From an uncultured Planctomycetia bacterium (GTDB taxonomy: Bacteria; Planctomycetota; UBA8108; UBA1146), in contig CAYPPQ010000002.1 of NCBI GenBank assembly GCA_964412635.1, forward strand, positions 1 through 62,854: DNA of 62,854 bases, given 5' to 3'. A program made the position numbers and the translations under genes. This document shows, piece after piece, positions 57,235-62,854 of this stretch; the stretch's first letter is position 1; each line of letters opens with the position of its first letter. The notes under the pieces are model-generated. The model did not search any database and was not told where the DNA came from. It saw only the letters and a list, made by a program, of their open reading frames with translations.

Positions 57235-57467
57235 CTGCCAACAAAAAATAGGTCCCCATCTCCGAAAAATCCGGAAACTTCCCCAGGCACCTTGGATACT
57301 TCCCCAATGCAATCCGGCAGTTCTGACGTCAGGGTATCCTCTCCAATGGTTCCCTGAAAGTACTGTCTGGGCATCGATCCACTCGCATCCAGCACCCCGA
57401 GAAGGCAAGATCTGGTTTGATGCCAACAGGCGGGATCTCGATCCACCCGCCGGGAGAGGACCATACC

Positions 57468-58385
57468 GTGAACGATCACCGATCAGCACCGATGCGGGGC
57501 ACCGGCTCCAGTGAAGAATTCCGTACCAAGGTGGGTCTCGCAGAGATGCTCCGTGGTGGTGTCATCATGGATGTCACCAGCGCAGAAGAGGCCAGCATCG
57601 CACAGTCCGCAGGGGCTGTGGCGGTGATGGCTCTCGAGAGGGTCCCTTCCGACATCCGCAGAGACGGTGGCGTCGCCCGCATGTCTCCCGTCGACAAGGT
57701 GCGAGAGATCCAGCAAACAGTCACCATCCCGGTGATGGCCAAGGCGCGCATCGGACACTTCGTCGAAGGTGAAATCTTGCAGGCGCTGGAGGTCGACTTC
57801 ATCGACGAATCGGAAGTTCTGACCCCCGCCGATCACGCCCATCACATCGAGAAGAGTCGCTTCAAGGTTCCGTTCGTGTGCGGTGCTACCAACCTCGGAG
57901 AAGCACTGCGCCGCATCGGTGAGGGTGCAGCGATGCTTCGAACCAAGGGAGAAGCGGGTACCGGAGATGTTACGGAAGCGGTCCGCCACCTTCGATTGAT
58001 CCATCAGCAGATCCGCAATCTCACGCTGGTTCCTTCGGAAGAGTGGATGAGCATCGCGAAGGAACTTGGAGCTCCCTACGATCTGGTGTGCCAGGTCGCA
58101 CGAGATGGCCGATTGCCGGTTCCCAACTTCGCTGCAGGAGGAGTGGCAACACCCGCCGACGCAGCGCTGGTGATGCGCCTCGGTGCGGAAGCGGTATTCG
58201 TCGGATCCGGTATCTTCAAGTCGGAAGATCCGCTGAAAACAGCGCACGCCATCGTCCATGCCACCGCCCACCATGACGACGCACAGCAACTGGTCGAGGC
58301 TTCGAGTGGCCTGGGCGAAGCGATGCCTGGCATCGATGCAGCCAAGCTCCCGGATGAAGAGCGACTCCAGGTTCGAGGCTGGTAA
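57468..58385 (+). CDS. pdxS: Pyridoxal 5'-phosphate synthase lyase subunit PdxS
   Basis: [73 protein letters not shown]. Likely GTG start 57468 after GGGAGAGG. Confidence 0.97.
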   Translation: MNDHRSAPMRGTGSSEEFRTKVGLAEMLRGGVIMDVTSAEEASIAQSAGAVAVMALERVPSDIRRDGGVARMSPVDKVREIQQTVTIPVMAKARIGHFVEGEILQALEVDFIDESEVLTPADHAHHIEKSRFKVPFVCGATNLGEALRRIGEGAAMLRTKGEAGTGDVTEAVRHLRLIHQQIRNLTLVPSEEWMSIAKELGAPYDLVCQVARDGRLPVPNFAAGGVATPADAALVMRLGAEAVFVGSGIFKSEDPLKTAHAIVHATAHHDDAQQLVEASSGLGEAMPGIDAAKLPDEERLQVRGW

Positions 58386-58386
58386 A

Positions 58387-58959
58387 TTGTCTGTAAATTC
58401 GGTGGCAGTTCTGGCACTGCAGGGATCGGTCGAACCACATATGCGAGCGCTGCTCGATGCGGGAGCGAACCCTGTCGAACTGCGCCGACCGGAGCAACTC
58501 GACGGGATCTCCCATCTGGTCATCCCGGGCGGTGAGAGCACCACTCTCAGGCACCTTCTCGACCTCCACGATCTCTCGGAGAGGATCCCGCAACAGGTGG
58601 CCACGGGAGAACTTGCCCTGCTGGGAACCTGTGCCGGGGCGATCCTGATGGGCAGTCACTCCGAGGATGCACCGCAGCGCTGGAATCTCATCGACATCGA
58701 GGTGCAGCGCAACGGCTATGGCCGTCAGCTCGACTCCTTCATCGGTCCCGTCGAGTGGGTCTCCGGACCGACCGCCGGAGATGCCGAGGGGGTATTCATC
58801 CGTGCTCCCCGGATGCTCGATCCCTCCGACTCGGTGGAGGTGCTCGCTCGCAGGGGCTCGGAGGTGGTGGCGGTTCGTCAGGAGCGATGCGTGGCCTGCA
58901 CCTTCCACCCCGAATTGACCGCAGATAGGCGATTACACCGCTGGTTTCTGGCTCTATGA
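58387..58959 (+). CDS. pdxT: Pyridoxal 5'-phosphate synthase glutaminase subunit PdxT
   Basis: VLALQGS, PGGESTT, GTCAG (Cys), RNGYGRQLDSF, FIRAP, FHPEL. TTG start 2 nt after the pdxS stop. Confidence 0.95.
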   Translation: MSVNSVAVLALQGSVEPHMRALLDAGANPVELRRPEQLDGISHLVIPGGESTTLRHLLDLHDLSERIPQQVATGELALLGTCAGAILMGSHSEDAPQRWNLIDIEVQRNGYGRQLDSFIGPVEWVSGPTAGDAEGVFIRAPRMLDPSDSVEVLARRGSEVVAVRQERCVACTFHPELTADRRLHRWFLAL

Positions 58960-58970
58960 GGGACCGGAGG

Positions 58971-58998
58971 CATCGGCGAGTGACCTCGATCGCCGATG
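58971..58998 (+). terminator. 9-bp GC-rich hairpin downstream of pdxT (possible terminator or stabiliser, no U-tract)
   Basis: CATCGGCGA (58971-58979) pairs with TCGCCGATG (58990-58998). Confidence 0.4.
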
Positions 58999-59068
58999 GA
59001 ATCTCACCGTAAGATTGCTATCTTCCCATCCTGGATCGGCGAAGATGTGTGCATGAAATGAGGCTCGG

Positions 59069-60682
59069 GTGAACACCCAACAAGCAAAGAGTGGCCGCAG
59101 AGTGGGAATCTTTGGCTGGGGACTCGTCTCCCCAGGGTGTCCCGACATCGATACCTTCCGCCACCGTCTATACGAGGGTGGATCGTGGCTGGAACCGTTC
59201 GAGGATTTCGGCCCCAGCAATTTTCTTGTCGGTCAGCCTCAGTTCGAATTCGAGAAGTACCACGAGTGGGTCGACGAGAGATTCCCTCCCAGCCGCTTCT
59301 CGCAACTACAGTCGAAGATGGGAGGCCCGACACTCTACGCGGTCGGAGCCTTCATCCAGTCGCTACAACAGAATCCTGGCATCGAGACTGCGCTTCAACA
59401 GATGGGTTCGGCAGCACACGTATACGTGGGAACCGGGCTCGGAGATCTCCCGACCATCTCCGAGGTCTCCTTGCAGGCGGACCGAGCTCAGCGTGAATGG
59501 GACGCCTTCTGGTCTCACCCCGAGCGTTGCCCCGCGCGCGCAGCCTTCGAGGCGGGGGATTCCTCCCCGGAGTTGCAACAATCTGCGCCGCCAGCCCCGG
59601 ACCAGTTGCCGGAGAGTGAGCGGGAAGAGGCTCGACGTGTCTGGAACAGTTTCTGGGCATCCCACTCGGCACCGCTGCTGGAGTACCTGTCGGCATTACG
59701 TGAGATCGAGAACCTGAGCGTCGAGGGAGAGGTGGAGGCGGGCAAATCGGCAGTACTCCGCGAGAAGATGAAACGCTCCGCCAGGTTGAGAAAGGACTGG
59801 GGCGCACCCACCGAACCGTGGGCAGCCATCAGTTCCAATGTGCTGTGGAATATTCACAGCGCTCCCGCCACCCAGATCACCATGATGGGCAAGATCACCG
59901 GCCCTTCCTTCGCCCCCGTTGCAGCCTGCTCCACCTTCGGGGTGGCTCTCAAGCTGGGACTCGACTCCATCGAACGAGGAGAAGCGGAAGCGGTGGTGAT
60001 CGGTGCGACCGATCCCGCCCCCTGTCCCCTCACCGTCGGGGCGTTCAGTGCCGCCAAGGTGCTCTCCAGTGACGGAACCGTTTCCAAGCCCCTCACCGGT
60101 CTGCGCGGAACCCACGTCAGTGGTGGATCGTGCGTGTGGATCATCGGGGATCTGGAAAAGATGAAAGCTCGCGGATTCGAGCCGCTGGGAATGGAGCCGA
60201 TCTCGGTTGGCCTCACTTCCGATGCCGACCACATCATCACTCCCAGTGAAGAGGGCCCGCAGGCTGCCATCGAGATGGCACTTTCCAGTGCCGGGGCAAG
60301 CCCGCAGGAGATCGCCACCTGGGATCTACACTGCACCGCGACCCCTGGAGATTACCTGGAGGTGGAAAACACCCGCAGGTTGTTACCGGAATCGGTGCTG
60401 ATGACGGCAAGGAAGGGGACTTTCGGACATGGAATGGGAACCTGCGGAGGCTGGGAGTTGACCGCTCAGATGCTCGCTTCCGAAAGCAGTTCCGTTCCCC
60501 CAACCGACCTGACCGAACCGGAGTTGAACCAGGAAATCGCCAGGGTTCACGACAACTTTGTCGGAGATACGCCATCACCCCTACCGGCAGGATACGCCGG
60601 AAAGCTCTCGATGGGGGTGGGCGGAATCAATGCCTGCGTCATCTCCCGACCGTGGAGTGAAGAAGACCGAGGTTCCAGGTAG
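59069..60682 (+). CDS. Stand-alone beta-ketoacyl synthase (FabB/FabF fold) with an internal insertion of about 110 aa
   Basis: Cys-His-His triad PVAACSTFG, WDLHCTATPGD, TFGHGMG; C-terminal KLSMGVGGINA. At 537 aa it is longer than a typical FabF of about 410 aa. Confidence 0.85.
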   Translation: MNTQQAKSGRRVGIFGWGLVSPGCPDIDTFRHRLYEGGSWLEPFEDFGPSNFLVGQPQFEFEKYHEWVDERFPPSRFSQLQSKMGGPTLYAVGAFIQSLQQNPGIETALQQMGSAAHVYVGTGLGDLPTISEVSLQADRAQREWDAFWSHPERCPARAAFEAGDSSPELQQSAPPAPDQLPESEREEARRVWNSFWASHSAPLLEYLSALREIENLSVEGEVEAGKSAVLREKMKRSARLRKDWGAPTEPWAAISSNVLWNIHSAPATQITMMGKITGPSFAPVAACSTFGVALKLGLDSIERGEAEAVVIGATDPAPCPLTVGAFSAAKVLSSDGTVSKPLTGLRGTHVSGGSCVWIIGDLEKMKARGFEPLGMEPISVGLTSDADHIITPSEEGPQAAIEMALSSAGASPQEIATWDLHCTATPGDYLEVENTRRLLPESVLMTARKGTFGHGMGTCGGWELTAQMLASESSSVPPTDLTEPELNQEIARVHDNFVGDTPSPLPAGYAGKLSMGVGGINACVISRPWSEEDRGSR

Positions 60683-60723
60683 CGGTGAGTAGTGACCCCG
60701 TTGACCCGTACCACCGGCGGTGA

Positions 60724-61059
60724 TCAGTGCCAACCCTTGTGGGCAATCGAACGGCTGTCGAGATACTCCCGTACAGATCCGACATGATCACCTTGCAGTT
60801 CGATGGAACCTTCCTTGACGGTTCCCCCGGTGGCACAGCGCTTCTTCAACTCCTTCAAACACTCCTTCAGCATTGCGCCTGTCAGTGGGATCTCTGCGAT
60901 GACGGTGATCGTCTTCCCTCTTCGTTTCTCTAGCCGCAGCCGTGCCGGCCCCATCGCGGAGTTACCGCCGCACGAGCCGTCATGAATCTGACCACAGCTG
61001 GTGCAGATGGGCCGATGGGAATCGTCCCCTGCAGAACTCCACACCACCTTTCGGGCCAT
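60724..61059 (-). CDS. yciH: SUI1/eIF1-family translation factor YciH
   Basis: N-terminal CTSC...C; RRGKTITVI; LKKRCATGGTVKEGSIELQGDH. Likely start 61059. Confidence 0.92.
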   Translation of the reverse strand: MARKVVWSSAGDDSHRPICTSCGQIHDGSCGGNSAMGPARLRLEKRRGKTITVIAEIPLTGAMLKECLKELKKRCATGGTVKEGSIELQGDHVGSVREYLDSRSIAHKGWH

Positions 61060-61350
61060 TTTTCTCCCTCTCATCTCGTCGCCAAGGTTTCCGTGCCATC
61101 CCCTTGTCCCCGCTCGAGTCCCCGTTGTCGAGTTGCTTGCCTCAGGACCTCCCGTATTTTGCAAATTTCGACGCTGTGGAACCTTTCCGCCCGTTACTGC
61201 GTCTTTCCGGATTCCACCCGATGGGGTATCTTTACAGTTCTTGACAATCCACCGGATAGCGATTCCTGATCCTGGGAGTCCTGGTGGCCACTGGTTACCC
61301 GTACCGATAGCCCTGGTTCCCCAGCGGTTCGAGTCGTAAGGAGAAAACTG

Positions 61351-62304
61351 ATGTCGATACTGATCCTGTCCACCCTGCTCGCCTTGTCACCCGTGATCAT
61401 CGGGGATGAACCGGAGGCTCCCGCTGCTGAGCAGGGATTGCCGTGGGTGATGGATATCGCCAAGGCCAAGGAGATGGCTCGCCTCGAGGGTAAGGATATC
61501 CTCATCAACTTCACTGGCAGCGACTGGTGTGGCTGGTGCAAGCGCCTCGATGAAGAGGTGTTCGTCCACTCCATCTTCAATGAAAATGCCGGAAAGCAAT
61601 ACGTCTACCTGTACCTCGATTTTCCTCGCAGCGAGGAGGCCAAGGCCAAGGTGATCGATGAAGCCCTCAACATGGAGGCGCGAGTCGCCATGGGCGTCGA
61701 TGGTTTCCCCACCATCATCCTGGCCGATGCCGAGTTACGACCCTACGCCCGAACCGGCTACCAGGCGGGTGGTCCCGAGAAATACCTCGAGCACATCGCC
61801 GAGTTGCGTACCGGTGGTGACAAGATCAAGGCGCTGCTCTCCGCCGAGGAGGCGGATCAGGCCAAGATGCTCGAGGGTGCATTCGAGGTCCTCGTCTCAC
61901 AGGAGTTGCTGGGACATCCGGCCTTCTCCAAGTTCCTCGACATGGCGGAAAAATCCGAGAATCCTGAACTCGCCAAGAAGGTCAAAGCTCACCGCAACAA
62001 TGCGGCACTGAAAGCGCTCCTCAACACCGAAGAGCCGGACTACAAGGCACTGGTTGGATTCCTCAAGGAACACCCCGACATGCAGGGTCCGGAGGTGCTC
62101 AACGCACTGTGGTTCAGCCAGGACTGGCTGGCAAAGCAGGGCGAAAAGGACGACGCAAAGGCATTCCTGCAACGGATGCTGAAGGATCCGCTCGTCAGCG
62201 GCAATGAGCGTGGAAAGAAGATGATCGAGGATGCCCTCCATGGAATCGACCATGATGCCGGCGATGGACATGATCACGATGGAGACGGGGTTCCCGATCA
62301 CTAG
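61351..62304 (+). CDS. Exported thioredoxin-fold protein (CGWC) with a helical extension and a His/Asp-rich tail
   Basis: Signal peptide; NFTGSDWCGWCKRL; GFPT cis-Pro loop; tail HGIDHDAGDGHDHDGDGVPDH. Confidence 0.85.
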   Translation: MSILILSTLLALSPVIIGDEPEAPAAEQGLPWVMDIAKAKEMARLEGKDILINFTGSDWCGWCKRLDEEVFVHSIFNENAGKQYVYLYLDFPRSEEAKAKVIDEALNMEARVAMGVDGFPTIILADAELRPYARTGYQAGGPEKYLEHIAELRTGGDKIKALLSAEEADQAKMLEGAFEVLVSQELLGHPAFSKFLDMAEKSENPELAKKVKAHRNNAALKALLNTEEPDYKALVGFLKEHPDMQGPEVLNALWFSQDWLAKQGEKDDAKAFLQRMLKDPLVSGNERGKKMIEDALHGIDHDAGDGHDHDGDGVPDH

Positions 62305-62344
62305 ATGACGGACCGGTAACGACCGGCTCGATCACAGAACTATT

Positions 62345-62390
62345 GAAGGGGTAGCCCGGCTGATATGCCCGGCTACCCCTTCTCTCTTGC
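62345..62390 (+). terminator. Intrinsic terminator-like hairpin after the thioredoxin gene
   Basis: 12-bp stem GAAGGGGTAGCC (62345-62356) / GGCTACCCCTTC (62371-62382), followed by pyrimidine-rich TCTCTTGC. Confidence 0.7.
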
Positions 62391-62391
62391 T

Positions 62392-62450
62392 ACCGTGCTG
62401 TTATCACCGTGCTGTTATCACCGTGCTGTTTTCACCGTGCTGTCGCTACC
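62392..62450. repeat. 14-bp tandem repeat ACCGTGCTGTTATC, 4 copies (last two variant)
   Basis: Copies start at 62392, 62406, 62420 (ending TTTTC) and 62434 (ending TCGCT), plus ACC at 62448. Confidence 0.95.
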
Positions 62451-62537
62451 AGGGAGAAGCGGCCGGCGACGGAAGCGACACGGTACAGTTCATCACGGGG
62501 CTTCCTGTGGATATGATCAGGGCGACGGGGGGATCGA

Positions 62538-62854
62538 TTGTCGAGGGATGTCAGCAGCAAGAAGGGGTGTGAAGAGACGCGGCGGCCGGCCCACAAGGTT
62601 CCCGGTCGATCGGGGCGCCGTCGTGCCATCGCCCTGGCGTCGGTACACCTGCTCATCGGTTTACACCTGCTCCACTGGACGATCACCGGCACCACCCTGT
62701 CCCCACTGGAACCGTCCGAGTCGATGTACACCCTCGAAAATGGTCAGGTGAATGCCGGATTCATCTTCTTCATCGTGGCGATCCTGACCACTGCGTTGCT
62801 CGGTCGCTGGTTTTGCGGTTGGGCCTGCCACATGGTTGCTCTGCAGGATCTGTG
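62538..62854 (+). CDS. 3'-truncated NapH/FixG-like 4Fe-4S-binding membrane protein (absent from the ORF track)
   Basis: Manual translation from TTG 62538 after a G-rich RBS: LSRDVSSKKG...RRRAIALASVHLLIGLHLLHWTITGTTLSPLEPSESMYTLENGQVNAGFIFFIVAILTTALLGRWFCGWACHMVALQDL. It has TM helices and the GRxFCGWxC motif and is open to the window end. Confidence 0.85.
   Translation, partial: MSRDVSSKKGCEETRRPAHKVPGRSGRRRAIALASVHLLIGLHLLHWTITGTTLSPLEPSESMYTLENGQVNAGFIFFIVAILTTALLGRWFCGWACHMVALQDL

Noticed and set aside
59069-60682. Assigning fabF or Pseudomonas-type fabY
   Set aside because: The size, insertion and missing fab context argue against plain fabF, and the N-terminus does not resemble FabY as I recall it. 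Left unnamed.
61290-61340. GGTTCGAGTC, which resembles a tRNA T-loop
   Set aside because: The flanks (AGCGG / CGTAA) do not form a T-stem, and no acceptor stem, anticodon arm or CCA fits.
62392-62450. Possible CRISPR array
   Set aside because: The 14-bp units are contiguous with no spacers, and no cas genes are present. The same applies to the repeats at 23902 and 26520.

Overview
This window is a compact, roughly 60%-GC bacterial segment, probably from a planctomycete (inferred from the FIRGD-type dockerin proteins and gene content). The left end (2-17254) is a translationally coupled operon: an iterative PUFA synthase (5'-truncated pfaA with 3 ACPs, fused pfaB/C), then oleA-oleB-oleC-oleD and an Sfp-type PPTase. 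This is a predicted polyunsaturated head-to-head hydrocarbon pathway. The middle holds three secreted dockerin-bearing proteins, aconitase, a low-GC PAC2-family gene, a UbiA-family transferase, queG, a CAAX protease, rhodanese, two SDRs, CvpA, DUF885, miaE, a molybdoenzyme with a fused FeS/NrfD partner, and addB/addA. The most striking element is a 12.4-kb minus-strand operon (44644-57076) of eight tightly coupled, signal-peptide-bearing amidohydrolase-fold genes encoding nine domains. Only one domain keeps the full metal-binding set, which suggests an uncharacterised secreted hetero-oligomer of one enzyme and many pseudo-enzymes. The right end carries pdxS/pdxT, an atypical stand-alone ketosynthase, yciH/SUI1, a thioredoxin-like protein and a truncated FeS membrane protein missing from the ORF track. 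I found no tRNA, rRNA, CRISPR array or transposase. All calls come from reading motifs by eye; no database searches were run.
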